From Octopus vulgaris (lineage: Eukaryota), in contig OX597833.1 of NCBI GenBank assembly GCA_951406725.2, positions 26,598,001 to 26,662,000 of the forward strand: 64,000 nt of DNA, in the 5' to 3' direction. Made by a program: the position numbers and the translations under genes. This document shows positions 41,403 through 55,680 of this stretch, piece after piece. Within the stretch, counting starts at the first letter, position 1, and every line of letters starts with the position of its first letter. The notes beneath the pieces were generated by a model, which saw nothing but the letters and a program-made list of their open reading frames with translations, did not search any database and was not told where the DNA came from.

Positions 41403-41412
<10 letters not shown>
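41194..41412. repeat. Inverted repeat, ~110 bp arms, essentially no spacer
   Basis: TATATTAGAAGAAATGAGGTACTCAGAAAGTCGAATGG... versus ...CCATTCGACTTTCTGATTACCTCATTTCTTCTAATATA; centre ATCATATGAT near 41303. Confidence 0.9.
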
Positions 41413-41433
<21 letters not shown>

Positions 41434-41589
41434 GCGTGTGTGTATGATATTGTGTGCGTGTGTGTGTGCTTTACACATATGCATATACATGCATGCCTAT
41501 ACATACATGCCATACATACATACGTACATAATACACACATACATGAACACATACAAATTCCACAGACCACGGGTACGACATATTTCTCT

Positions 41590-41945
41590 AAACAGGGCTT
41601 TATACTGGCCTACATACTGCAGGTAACCCTCTTCGTTGCCATGCTGGAGCACACATCTAGCACATCAAATAGTACTGTTTACCGTTGCAAAAATTCAAAC
41701 GGTTAACTGATCAGTCTATCCCGATTAGGAATTAAAATGAATGTTTATGGACTACTCGTAAACGACATATTGTTTACAGATGGCACAACTCTGGCGACAG
41801 ACACATAGGAGCAACTGCAACACCTCAAGGACTAACAAGAGCCTGTGAGCTTCTGTCTCCTGAATCTGAGATCACCAGATGTATTGGAAGAGCAAACCCA
41901 ACATTAGCCGGACTGAAATCGAGAGTCCAAGAGAATAGCAACCTA
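41590..41945 (+). mobile_element. Degenerate RTE-clade LINE reverse transcriptase fragment
   Basis: KQGFILAYIL...NSNG*LISLSRL...LLVNDILFTDGTTLATDT*EQLQHL and ESEITRCIGRA...RVQENSNL resemble RTE/BovB KQGCVLAP...LFADD...EEQLQ...EINKRIGKA. Confidence 0.75.
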
Positions 41946-42011
41946 ATAGCATGTAGGCTCGTGTATCTGTGCGTATGTGTGTGTATGTATGTATGCATGT
42001 ATGCATGAATC

Positions 42012-42044
<33 letters not shown>

Positions 42045-42203
42045 GTATGTCTGTACGTGCGTGTGTGTGTGTGTACACAAACATATATACAGAGAGACGC
42101 AGAAGATTGTGACAGGTGGGGAACAGTAAAAACTCATATATGTATCTACATTTACAAACATATCAGAAAGCATGGAATCATAAATATGAATAAATAAATG
42201 AGA

Positions 42204-42305
<102 letters not shown>

Positions 42306-42773
42306 GCATATATATGTACACATACACTCAAAGGAATATCCGTGTGGTTGTACGCTTGTGTGTGTATGTGTGTGTGTGTGTTGTGTGCGACTGCTTATGT
42401 GTGAGTGTATGTGTGCGCGTCTGGCTATTTGTCTGTCCGTCTGTGTGATCGTGGGTCTATAATATGTAACAGAGGGGCGCAGAACTTGTCTTCGAATGTC
42501 CGAGTCTCCGAAGAGCTAGACGAGAGCTTCAATTGCATCCATGGATGTTTAAACATCATCACAATATCAGTCTACGTGTCACTCAACAAATCCTGCTCCA
42601 ACTATGTATGTCGAGTTATATTTCCATTCACTTCTCAACCGATATTTTATAAATATGTACACGCACATACACACATACATGCACTCACACACACACACAC
42701 ACATTTATGTATGCGCGCGTGTATATATATATATATACACACACACACATATATATAAATATATATATATATA

Positions 42774-42935
<162 letters not shown>

Positions 42936-43026
42936 ATACCCGCATATCGATTTATTCCCCAAAATTAAATTAATATTGACTTTTATAAGATACTTGATAA
43001 AATTTGTTTTCCAAAATTATTTGTAT

Positions 43027-43117
<91 letters not shown>

Positions 43118-43750
43118 ATCTGGTAATGGGTTCGAGGACAAATGCACATGCAGTTATATATGTATGTATATGTGTGTGTGTGCCTATATATCTATTATAA
43201 ATCTCGGGCTATGTCTCTCTCTATATATATACACCTGTTTGTGCGAATTTGCATGTTTTTATGTATGCAGATATATATGAATACATGTATACATAAATAC
43301 ATGCACATTTGTAAAAATCCAAACATACACAACAAAGATGGTGATGCTACATGCATTCATAGAGTCAGAGAATGATCATGACATTTTAGTCATCCGTTTT
43401 CTTTCCCACTTCCTATAGAGTCACGATCATGCTTTTCTTCAACTTCCGCCATCACAGCCAATCTCTCCCTCCCTCTCTCCCTCTCCCTCTCTCTCTCTCT
43501 CTCTTTCTTTGTTTTTACACTTCTTTGCTCTCTTTACCTTTCTTTTATCCGTACCCGTCTTTTTATGTCACAAAAATGAAATCATCATGGCCGTTAAAGG
43601 CAATGTGACTGCTAAGATTGTCATGATCCGTATAATCATGGTCATCATCATCATCATCTTCCCCATTCTGGTCATCATCTCCACCACCACGACCATCGCC
43701 ATAATCCATGAATCATAACCACCATCATCATCATCATCATCACCATCGTC

Positions 43751-43781
<31 letters not shown>

Positions 43782-44098
43782 CCATCATCATTGTCATCAT
43801 CATCGTCGTCGAAACCATCGTCGCTCTCGGCAATCTTCTATGCTCATGCTTTTGTCATTCTATTTCTCTGTCTATCTACGTTTACACGATTTCTTTTCTT
43901 ATGTAATCGTGTGTGTGTGTGTGCGTTTGTGTGAGTATGTGTATGTGTATGTGTGTGCGCGCGCGCGTGTGTGTATGAACCAATGTGGTTCTTTATGCAT
44001 CGAGTTATGCACCCTTCAGTTTTTCTTGCCTTCTCTCTGTATACTTAAATATATACATTATATACACATTATGTATCTATCTATCTGTTTCTCTCCCC

Positions 44099-44131
<33 letters not shown>

Positions 44132-44923
44132 CATGCATACATATATGCATGCATACATGCATACATGCATTAATATATATGTACATACATATATACCCGC
44201 ATAAGTTTACGCGTATATGCATGCATGCATATATACACACATGCATACAGATATATACGTACATCAATAAATATGCACACACACACACACACACACACAA
44301 ATAAACACTAGTCTGTCTCATAATGGTGCTGATGAAGAAAAATGTTGTTGGGAGTGGGTTGGATGGGGGGTAATTTGTGGTTTAACATATGAATGGAAGG
44401 AACGAACACAAGACAACTCACCTGCCCACACACAGCAGCAAGTGCGCTTTAGCACGCCTGTGCATGCTTTTTGATAGTTCTGTGTGGAAAAAGTATGCAG
44501 CTATATGTATATGCATACGGATCTAGAAAAACAACGAGAAGAATATAAACAGAAGTAACAACCAACAGCAGAGGATATTGCTAAATATATTCTGTCTCTA
44601 AACTACCATCAATTGAAATGATCAGGGTTGGGGATTGGAATTTTGCTTTAGTTATTCATGCAACAGTTTGATCACTAGTTTGTTTGTTTGGCATGTATGC
44701 AAGCAAGAAATGTAGTTTTGACTATTTTGTGACTGTTTTCAATCTATAAATCCCTGATTTCTTTCTATGCATCTCAGTCAGCTTATCTATGTATGTAGCT
44801 AGCTAGCTGGCCAGCTACCTCTATTTCTTTCTGTACATCAAGCAATTTATCTTTGTATCTGCGCATATATATGTATGCATGTATGTTTGTATGTATATAT
44901 GTATATGTGCATGTGCATATGTG

Positions 44924-45041
<118 letters not shown>

Positions 45042-45213
45042 ATTTATATATGTGTATATATATAGAGAGAGAGAGAGGGAGAGAGGCAGAGAGAGAAGGC
45101 CGGCATTGTTTATTCCAGACAATGTAAAATACAAGTCTCTATAAGTAGAAATTTCGCAAACTAAACAATGAACCAAAAACTTCCATACATACATAGAGAC
45201 ATACGTATGTACG

Positions 45214-45244
<31 letters not shown>

Positions 45245-45697
45245 GTGCACAGGCACACACATATGGTATGTATGATGGTTTGTATGTATGCTAGTATGTA
45301 TGTATGTGTGTATGTGTACATCCATCCATTACACTTAGATTGTTCCAATGTAAGATCCGTTTCGGCGTCCGACAAAATACGTTTTCGTATTTAATTCCAG
45401 TCGTCCATTTCTACAGATATCACCTTTGCCTTTTAATTTTCCCTGATCTATGAACATTAAAGTTCCCATTAATACTGGTCCTATTTTATCTACTGATGTC
45501 TATTTCTTTTCTTTGTCTCCAAGCTAAAGACTACATCGAGAAATACAGAAAAACCTTTTTCATTTTGCTTCGGTTTTAATCACCGAACATCATGCAAAGA
45601 TCAACGGTCATTCCATACTTCTGAGAAGCAGCGACTTCATGTGCTCTTAGATTAGAATGGCAAAGTCATATGTATCTTATAAAATATCAGAGCCGCG

Positions 45698-46270
45698 AAG
45701 GCGCGTCACTTAGTGGTTACAGTATTCGACTTATGATCGTAAACTCGTGAGTTCGATTCCTAGTGACGCGTAGTGTCCTTGAGCAAGGCACTTTATTTTA
45801 CCGCCGCCTCCCAGTCTATTTAACTGCCAAAACTAAGTTGTACCTTATTTCAAAGGGCCAACTTTGTCGCATTCTGTGTCAAGCCGAATCTTTCTGAGAA
45901 CTACGCTAAAGGCGGCGAGCTGGCAGAAACGTTAGCACGCCGGGCGAAATGCTTAGCAGTATTTCGTCTGCCGTTACGTTCTGAGTTCAAATTTCGCCGA
46001 GGTCGACTTTGTTTTTCATCCTTTCGGGGTCGATAAATTAACTACCTGTTACGCACATTGGTGGATATAATCGACTTAAATCCTTTGTCTGTCCTTGTTT
46101 ATCCCCTCTATGTTTAGCACCTTGTGGACAATAAAGAAATAACAAATAAGATACGTTAAGGGTACACGTATCTGTGGAGTGACCGGCCACTTGCACGTAT
46201 ATTTTACGAGCAGGCTGTTCCATTCATAGGGTCAACAGAAGCACTCGTCGTCGTAACTGACAGAGTGCCA
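45698..46270 (+). mobile_element. SINE with a different head and the family C tail, split by a family A insertion
   Basis: GAGTTCGATTCC box B, GTGTCCTTGAGCAAGGCAC domain; tail resumes at 46152 TACGTTAAGGGTACACG. Confidence 0.75.
45910..46150 (+). mobile_element. SINE family A, full length, nested
   Basis: AGGCGGCGAGCTGGCAGAAACGTTAGCACG...; flanking TACGCTAA/TACGTTAA. Confidence 0.9.
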
Positions 46271-46649
46271 AAACCGTACCAGTGCCACACTGACTCAGAT
46301 GAAACCTCACGATGTACTCAATGGAAAGTAGATGAAGTGTATACCTGACTTGGGATATGTTAAAATAATATCGTCATATAAACACTATTATACAATATTA
46401 ATTCACATATTAATGAATAAAAATATGCATGCGTTTCTATTCATAGTATAGTATTATGAATGTATTATTTAGGTATGCACATAAACACATTTACAGTAAC
46501 ATAGATTCATACAGAAACACCATGGCAAACAAAAAATAACACCTAAGTGCACCGACACGCACACACACGCACTCACACACAAATTTTGTGGGGGCTTAAA
46601 CATGGTTATGCACTTACATCTATATAAAATGGCATTCATACATACATAC

Positions 46650-46720
<71 letters not shown>

Positions 46721-46744
46721 TGTATGTGTGTGTATGTATGTACA

Positions 46745-46893
46745 TTTTTCTCTCCTTGCTTTTTGTGTCCCTTTCTGTAGGAGACCGTAGGCTCGAAATG
46801 TAAAAGCCTTTTTCTATTCCTGAGCGTTATACTAATACATGTCTGTTTTGTACACCACCTGTCTTCGTCTTTTGTTTTTTCGCAAACTCTCCC
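46745..46893 (+). mobile_element. Short TA-flanked element related to 13143-13315, with a decayed hammerhead-like motif
   Basis: CTTT-CTG...GCTCGAAATGTA-AAAG and shared TTCCTGAGCGT...TAATACA downstream. Confidence 0.5.
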
Positions 46894-46970
46894 TATATAT
46901 ATATATATACTTGTAACATTAAGTATATAAAACGTGGTGTAGCCATGTAAGTATGCATGCATGTTCGTAT

Positions 46971-47007
<37 letters not shown>

Positions 47008-47009
<2 letters not shown>

Positions 47010-47411
47010 CGCAGGAGTGGCTGTGTGGTAAGTAGCTAGCTTACCAACCACATGGTTCTGGGTTCAGTCCCACTGTGTGGCATCTTGGGCAAGTGTCTTC
47101 TGCTATAGCCTCGGGCCGACCAAAGCCTTGTGAGTGGATTTGGTAGATGGAAACTGAAAGAAGCCCGTCGTATATATGTATATATATATATGTGTGTGTA
47201 TGTTTGTGTGTCTGTGTTTGTCCCTCCAGCATTGCTTGACAACCGATGCTGGTGTGTTTACGTCCCCGTCACTTAGCGGTTCGGCAAAAGAGACCGATAG
47301 AATAAGTACTGGACTTACAAAGAATAAGTCCTGGGGTCGATTTGCTCGACTGAAGGCGGTGCTCCAGCATGGCCACAGTCAAATGACTGAAACAAGTAAA
47401 AGAGTAAAAGA

Positions 47412-47412
<1 letters not shown>
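47008..47412 (+). mobile_element. SINE family B, well-preserved copy
   Basis: Box A TGGCTGTGTGG, box B GGTTCAGTCCC, CORE-like CTTGGGCAAGTGTCTT, tail (AGTAAAAG)2, inserted in (TA)n. Confidence 0.92.
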
Positions 47413-47465
<53 letters not shown>

Positions 47466-47501
47466 GTATATATATACATACATACATACATACATATATA
47501 T

Positions 47502-47557
<56 letters not shown>

Positions 47558-47639
47558 GGACGAAAGGTTGCTAAGCACTTTGTCGGGCGTTATAAGGGTT
47601 GTAGCGTCTCGCCGCCTTCAATAATAATAATGATGTTTT

Positions 47640-47840
47640 CAAAATTTGGAACAATGCCAGTAATTTCGTGGGAGAAGGTAAGTCGATTACATTGACCCTT
47701 GTGCTCAACTGGTACTCATGTTAACGACCCCGGATGGATGGAAGGTAAAATTCAGCCTCCGTGAAATTTGAACTCAGAGCGTATAGACGGATGAAATACC
47801 GGTAAGCATACTGGCCGGTAAAATGCTGGTCTGTCTTCCA
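47640..47840 (-). mobile_element. Degenerate SINE family A
   Basis: AAGTCGATTACATTGACCC...CTGGTAC...AAATTTGAACTCAGA. Confidence 0.65.
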
Positions 47841-48875
47841 GATAGAAGAAGAAGAAGAAGAAGAAGAAGAAGAAGGAGGTGGGGGAGGATGGGAGGGGAG
47901 GATGAGGGAGAGGGGAGGATGAGGGAGAGGGGAGGATGATGTAGAATGGGTGGTTGACGGGGAGGAGAGTATGAGGGGGAGTTTCTATTTTAAGCACGCG
48001 GCCAGTAAATTTTATGGTGTGAGCTAATTAAACTCATGTTATCGAACCCTGAGGGATGAAGGTCAAAATTGCCTGCGGCAGGATTTTAATCTAGTTTGAA
48101 GAGCCTTAGTTAGATAGCTGCAAGAAACATAGTGGCAAACTTTGGGAAGTGTATGGCCAGTTACTACAATTCAGCTCGTTGTCTGTAGTGATTTCATCGA
48201 TAATCCGTGTCTGAGGGTCAGTTGAGAAGGAATGTCAACCACAAAAGGATTTTATACTGAGAAAACAATGGGCTATATACATATATATTATGGAGACATT
48301 TTCTACTACACCATACTACATCTGCTAAAGATGATAAGGATGATGACGATCAGGTGGAGAGGGAGGAGCAGGAGCAGGATTAGGAGAGGGGAGAAAGAGG
48401 GGAAGGAGTGTTAGGTGTAGGACTTCATTTTATCGCACACCCGGCCAAACGAAAAATAATCCATACCCTCATAGGAATTGAACTCGGGCTAGTTCACAAA
48501 ACTAGCTAGATATTGCAAAAGCTTTTTTCTCTGGAACACTATTATCCATGGCACTTCATTGCCCTTTTAATTAGGTAAATGATAAAACATCCTAATCAGA
48601 ACACTTATTTTTATATATCTATATGGGCTTGCGTGTCTTCGAGTGTGTGTGTGTGTGTGTGTGTCTGTGTGTGTGTGTATAAGTGTAAGTGTAAGTGCGT
48701 GGGCGGAGGAACCATGGTTGCATATATGTCAATATGTTGTACAAGGTTTATCGAACTATTATAGTCGTATGTAATTTTATTACTATAATTTTATTACTAT
48801 TTTATTGGCACTACTGCCTGTACGGCTACTGATGCTGCTGCTACTACCACCACCACCACCACCACCACCACCACC

Positions 48876-48909
<34 letters not shown>

Positions 48910-49939
48910 TAACTACTACTACTACTACTACTACTACTCAGGCGCACGTTGGTCTTCATACACATTCATACATTGAATGCTATCATGAGACGCATAAATG
49001 ATATACGTCGTAATATGTTGTTTCGCAGGGTGTCATTATAATGTCACATAGTAACACAGCATACTACGATTCACAGTTTGATTTGAAAAGTCATAAAAGG
49101 CCTACTTTACTGTGATACAATTCGATCTCTGAATTGATTAAATACGATACAGTTTATGCCAGTAGTTTCCTATCTATTCTCTCCTAGAGATATATTTTAT
49201 ATGAAAGAATCTTTTCTACCACCAGCCATAGAATGATTCCTTTTATAACGAATATCTCCTCAATAAACCGATTTTATCATCTGACAATAAACTTGTTTCC
49301 TCAGTATCCTCGCTCAGCCAAACAAACAGATTATATTTTGCACAGCAGAATTTTTACGATTATGAACAGAGCTTACGGACCCCATGCTACCCATGTGGAT
49401 CTCTCCAGATATATGTAGACACATGAGTATGTGTGTGCTGTATATGTATCTATCGGTGTGTGTGTGTTTGTTTGCGCGTGTGTGTGTGTGTGTGTGCGTG
49501 TTTGTGTGTGCCTGTGTGTCTATTCTCAGAGAAGGAGCGTGGTTAGTCGTGAGAGAGTTCAATAGACTGTCATATTGTCCTGAGTTCAATTCGTGGAATT
49601 GGTGAAGCTTTATTTTCATTGAGCAAAATATTAAATTTCAAATTGGTCCGGTCAGCTTAGTAGAAAACGTGTATCAACTCATTGCTTGTGCACCTCTCTC
49701 ACTCTCCAGGAACTACACCTTTGATGTACCGCTAGTTCAAAGAGTGGGACAGTTGTGATGATGTCTAAATTTACTTGTGACAAGAAAGTCACCTAAAACA
49801 ATTAGCGAAAGCATGATGCATGATACAAAGCCATTTTTATTTACGGTGGACGGTTGTCTTACATTTTATAAGTCAGCATTGAACTAGCGTCTATATGATC
49901 ATATAACTTCTAATTACGTAATATATTCGAGCACCCAAC

Positions 49940-50075
49940 GGCGGCGAGCTGGCAGAATCGTTGCACGCCGAGCAAATGCTTAGCGGCATTTCTTCCGCCT
50001 TAACGTTTATATTCCGCCAACATCGATTCTATGTTTACCATCCTATCGAGGTCGATAAAATAAGTACCATTTGAA
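49940..50075 (+). mobile_element. SINE family A, degenerate
   Basis: GGCGGCGAGCTGGCAGAATCGTT...GGTCGATAAAATAAGTACC. Confidence 0.75.
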
Positions 50076-51569
50076 CACGAAAAACTGGCTTTTTGCCAAA
50101 ATTTTAGACCAGAACGTTCAGACACGCAGTCCAGTATTATATTTTGCAATGTTGAATTTTTTAATAGTTATTTATTTCTTGAAGACATAAGGAGTGCAGT
50201 ATGATGAAAGATTTGGCTATTTCGAAAATCTACGTAGAGTATCGACACGAGTTAGCCTCGGATAAGGCCTTCTAGCAGTGACCAACAAGCTCTTTCAGAA
50301 GTTTCATATCTAGAACAATACAACTGAATGTGTATTTATCTTATACAAGATTGTAGAGACTAATTTAAAAGAAGTTTGTCTGATAATTCTTGGTCCTGCA
50401 ATGATTATATCTGGACCACAACTTTGGTTCCTGTATGAGTATTTATAAGTTTGATTGTGGGAGTGTATGTTTGTAAATCTGAGTGTTTCTTTCAAAATAT
50501 GCTGTTTTTTTTCTTAATTGCTGAGTCTGAAGGTAGGATAAGGCCCTTGGCTTTTGCAGCAAACCCACTACTAGTTGGGTGATAGTGACACCATTAATTA
50601 TAATGTCATAAGTGAAAGCCAGCAGGAAAGACATATGCTGGGAATACTAAGGGGTGGTGATATCATTGGAAATGAATGAACGTAGTGGGTAGCCTGAGGA
50701 CCATCTGGACTTGAACGCGACAAATTGATGGGAGAAGTGAAGACGAATGGGAAAGAATTGCTTCAGTAAATGAGCCTAGTTAGCTTCGAAGAGCTGTGAA
50801 TTTAGCAGCGGTCGAAAAGGAAGAAAGAGGAGGGAGAGAAAAGAGAGGAAAGAGAGGAGAGAGAGTGCATCTCACCCTTAGGCTGGAGTGTGAATTTGCA
50901 CATCTATATTAAGAGAGGATACATATGTTTGTGAGTTTGTGCGTGTTTGCTCCTGCATTAGCACGTTACTCCACATGTATGTATTCAATAATATATATGC
51001 ATTGAGATTGTCCATGCGTGTCTACGAGATGCGGCTTTGTATATTTGTAACGCTCAGAATTGTCAAGTGTCCAACAAGAAGGGTGTCTGCAGGCTGGTGT
51101 GGCATTCTCTATATTGACTTACTGTTGATAAACATACAAACACACGCGTGCACACACGCTCACACACGCACACACACACACACACACAGAACTAAGAGAT
51201 ACTAAGGGTATTATAGATACTTATAAAGTAATATGTTGTCTGTGTGTGTATGCATACGTAAATACATACATACATACATACATACATACATACATACATA
51301 CATACATACATACATACATACGTGAACGCGCTAAGACGCACCAGGTTTAGATATTAGTGAACAATCAATCATTGTCATCGTCGTCATCATCAAGATCATT
51401 ATATCAATTATTAGCTTAATTATGTACACAGTTCCGTGAATGTAATTTTAATTATATCTGACGCTGTGCTTATATGAGATATAATAATGACCACAATCCT
51501 GTCATCGAAGAATAATAATAATAGAAAGGATTCTTCTTCTCCTTATTCTTCTTCTTCTTCTTCTTCTTC

Positions 51570-51750
<181 letters not shown>

Positions 51751-51752
51751 TG

Positions 51753-51940
51753 AAGGCGGTCAGCTGACAGAATCGTTAGCATGCCGGGGAAAACGCTTAG
51801 TGGTATTTCGTACGACTTTACGTTCTGAGTTCAAATTCCGCCGTTCGTCGATAAATTAAGTACCAGTTACATATTGAGGTCGATATAATCGACTAGTCCC
51901 CTCCCCTGAAATTCCAGACATTGTGCATATAGTAGAAACG
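51753..51940 (+). mobile_element. SINE family A between (TTA)n tracts
   Basis: AAGGCGGTCAGCTGACAGAATCGTTAGC...AGTAGAAACG. Confidence 0.85.
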
Positions 51941-52012
<72 letters not shown>

Positions 52013-52015
<3 letters not shown>

Positions 52016-52563
52016 TAGTTTTATTTTTTATAGCGTGCTTTCACTTCACTACCGAGCCCAGCTCTGTGTGCCTTGGGTATGTGCTGTGATTTGTTGTGAT
52101 GCTCTGATGGTTATTGTATGGAAAGTGTTCTGCGTAGGATGTGTGCAGTGCCTAGTAGTGCAATTTTCTGTATGTTATATGTGATTGTAAGTCCTGGTGT
52201 TTTTGTTATGTATTTGTCTGAATATTTTTTTATCATGCCTAATGCACCTACTATGATAGGAATTGTTTCTGTTTTGAGATTCCACATTCTAGTTACCTCT
52301 ATTTCCAGGTCTTTGTATTTTGAGAGTTTCTCCATTTCTTTTAGAGACACGTTGTCATCAGCCGGTATTGATACATCAATTAGAAAGCATTTTTTTTCTT
52401 CATGATCTCTGACAACTATATCTGGTCTGTTGGCCTTAATTTCTCTATCTGTGTGTATCGGCATATCCCAGAGTATGGTTGCTTTCTCGTTTTCTGTGAC
52501 CTTTTCTGGTGTGTGCCTATACCATCTTTTTTCTGTTGTTATTCCATAATGTTGGCATAGCTT
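52013..52563 (-). mobile_element. R4/Dong-type 3' fragment (D1), near-identical to the 3' part of the 23628 copy
   Basis: PIHTDREIKANRPDIVVRDHEEKKCFLIDVSIP...EKLSKYKDL...LSIQ*; (TAA)n on both sides. Confidence 0.92.
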
Positions 52564-53219
52564 TATTATTATTATTATAATTATTATTATTGTTATTACT
52601 ATTATTATTATTATTATATTATTATTATTATCATTTTAATTTTTTTATATTCACATCATTATTGTTTTTGTTGTTGTTGTTGATGTATTATGGCGAAGGA
52701 GGTGGTGTTGGTGATGAGATAGAAAGTCCTACAGACAGATACTTTCCTCTTCGGCCAAGCCCGCTTGAACTTTTTCAAGTTCCACTTGAAATGGAAAGTG
52801 AGGGTAGGGAGGGACGCTCTGCTTTCCCACCACCAACACCACCACCACCATTACTACACCCAGCACGTTTGTTGAAAGATCGGTGACTGTGGAGAGGATG
52901 ATTCGTGTGAATTGATCTATTTGTAAACCGGAGGAATTGAGAAGTGAAGAGTTACTCGCTGAAGCCTACCTGGTGGTCGAACTAACCAGGATGTATAGGG
53001 TTCCTTGGTTGTCCCTGTTAGGAACTCCCCACTTTAGGCAACTTTTATTGTTTAACTTTTTTGTTAATTGTCATTGTTATGATTATATACGACATTGTGC
53101 CAAGATCTTCTTGTCCCTTGTGTTGTATTGCCCCTATTTGTTTTGTGTTCAGCACTTGTAGCCAATAAAAGAAAACATTATTATTACTATTATTATTATC
53201 ATCATCATCATCATCATAT

Positions 53220-53284
<65 letters not shown>

Positions 53285-53286
<2 letters not shown>

Positions 53287-53781
53287 GTGAGAGATTAGTG
53301 CATGCCATCAAAGTTACACTGGGGTAAGATATACGAACCCAGTATAACCATCATGACTACCCGTCTGATAAGAGTACACCAGGCACTCGCATTACAACCA
53401 TGTGTACGCGACATGGTGATCTCATATCAAGATAAACAGCGCATGACCTTGTAGGTGGGGCTCAGTTAAAATTTTCTTCTGGTCGAGTAGCCCAACCCGC
53501 TCAAAAGGTCTTTGAATAATGATTCTTTAAGGATGTTCAACGAACCACCCATGATTCCAAAGGTGAATTATCCAAACCTCCAAGAATTCCGTTCAGCACA
53601 CGGCTATGATACTCCCCAACTACTTCTGCTCATGATCAGAGATGCACATATCGTCAGCCATTAAGGAACATGGTCAGCTGGTTAAGGTCAAACAACTGAC
53701 AAGCAAATCTGTGGTATTGAGCAGAATATTTGCTGTAGCCCATCTTTTATATCAAGACAAAACAATGTACATGATAACACT
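53285..53781 (-). mobile_element. Element E, long form, 5'-truncated, (TAA)n on both sides
   Basis: Homology to 28186-28731. Confidence 0.88.
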
Positions 53782-53800
53782 TATTATTATTATTATTATT

Positions 53801-53833
<33 letters not shown>

Positions 53834-53861
53834 GATATTGTTGTTGTTGTTGTTGTTGTTG

Positions 53862-53913
<52 letters not shown>

Positions 53914-54369
53914 CATTATTATTATTTTTTATTTGTTTGATATCTTCATGCGAATTTCTACTCTATCAGATGAGTTACTTCCGTGGTACCGGTGGCTGTG
54001 CATGAGTCTTACTGTCCTATGCAGTTTAAACTTTCTTGTGGCACTTCTTTTCTCTTTAGTGTTCCCTGTGTTGTGTAAAACATGCGCAACAATGTCTATT
54101 GCGTTGTTTTCTTTCGCAGTGAGTATACTTCCAATGTGTTGGATGAGATGATTGTTCTTATTGCGTTTCACAATCACACAATGATAACCTCCAGTACATA
54201 TTATGGGGCGGATGCTTATGATATATCAAACGAGTTTGTATAGAGTAGCATGTAGTCTACGTTAGTTACTAATGCAGTATTGCCAAGTATCAGTTACATA
54301 AAAATATGTATTGTGTTACACTTTAGACTCTTGATCGAAGTCCGTAATGTATAGAATATGTTATATTAT

Positions 54370-54640
54370 TGGACGTTTATTGTATAAGGAACAAGATGTG
54401 TGCAGTGTGGTTGTAATTGAATTGAAAGGGTAATGATCAGGATGTTGGCCGTGCCCAATATAGCTATTTTTAGGAATATATATATTACATCGTGATCCTT
54501 GCTATGACGCGTATATTTTGGCACATATTTATAATTATACACTGTCTCCTTTATATTATTGGGCATCAGTTCAGTACTAATATATACAATAATATATTCC
54601 CATGTTCTGTATGAAAGTTTATTTCAGTTTCATATTTCTC
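54370..54640 (-). mobile_element. Very old R4/Dong-type C-terminal remnant
   Basis: LKIAILGTANILIITLSIQ resembles QKIALLGTAHILRRTLSIQ. Confidence 0.55.
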
Positions 54641-54704
54641 TAGTTTTGATACTTTCTATTTCCTTTGTTGCAATATATGATGAGAAAAAGGCACACCAGA
54701 CAAA

Positions 54705-54879
54705 ATGCATAGCGGCTTTTGTCAGTGTTTACGTTGAGTTCAAATAACGCCACGGTCGATTGTAGCCTTCATCTTTACGGGGTCGATAAAATAAGTACCA
54801 GTTGAGTACTGGGGTTGATCTAATCGATTTAGCCCGTTCCTTCGAACTTGCTGGCCTTGTGCCAAAATTTGATACCATT
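54705..54879 (+). mobile_element. SINE family A (GCCAAAATTTGA tail)
   Basis: GAGTTCAAAT...GGGGTCGATAAAATAAGTACCAGTTGAGTACTGGGG. Confidence 0.78.
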
Positions 54880-55416
54880 ATTTGATAAGAAAGGAATCAC
54901 GATGCCTATCATCCTGGTATGTATTTTTGTCCAGTACTTGATTATTCTTTCTGGACGGTTTTTCCTTGACCACTTCAACAGTTGAGGTAGGTATGCTCCA
55001 TGCCTCATATGATTGTATTCAGACCATGGACAAATGCCGAGTTTGGTTCCTATTTATACCGAGGATTTGGCATACAGGTGAGTGGCCAATGCTAGTGACT
55101 CAATTGTATTTGTGTAGTTATTGGAAGATGGCAACAGCTAATCAGATAATGATGAAACGGACCATTCTATGGCTTCAATAATCTATATTCATAACATATT
55201 TTAATGGAATTATTTGTGGTTGTATGTAGTTAATTTATGGTCCTGTGCGGCTAGTATCGGATCTATATCTGATATATATTTAGAGCTTTAGATACATTGC
55301 TAGTGGACTTCCTGGGCGATGTGTATTGTGAAAAATTTGCCACTGAGTGGGGTGTTTTCCCTTTATATTATCTTGAACATAGAAAAAATTCATTTTTAGT
55401 GTTGTTGTTGTTGTTG

Positions 55417-55493
<77 letters not shown>

Positions 55494-55680
55494 ATTATCG
55501 TTGTTGCAGCAGCTGTTTTTGCTTCTGTTGCTGTTGCTTGTTGTTAATGGGTGAGTTAAATACAAACAAGAATGACGACTCAATTAATTCAATAATTGCC
55601 TTTCAGAATACTTGGGTGGTGATTCGATATGTGTGTGTCTGTGTGTGTACGTGTATATATAAATCATATGCTATATATGT

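Noticed and set aside
54930-55130. Possible RTE C-terminal remnant on the minus strand (YLPQLLKWSRKNRP)
   Set aside because: Similarity is too weak to support without an alignment.
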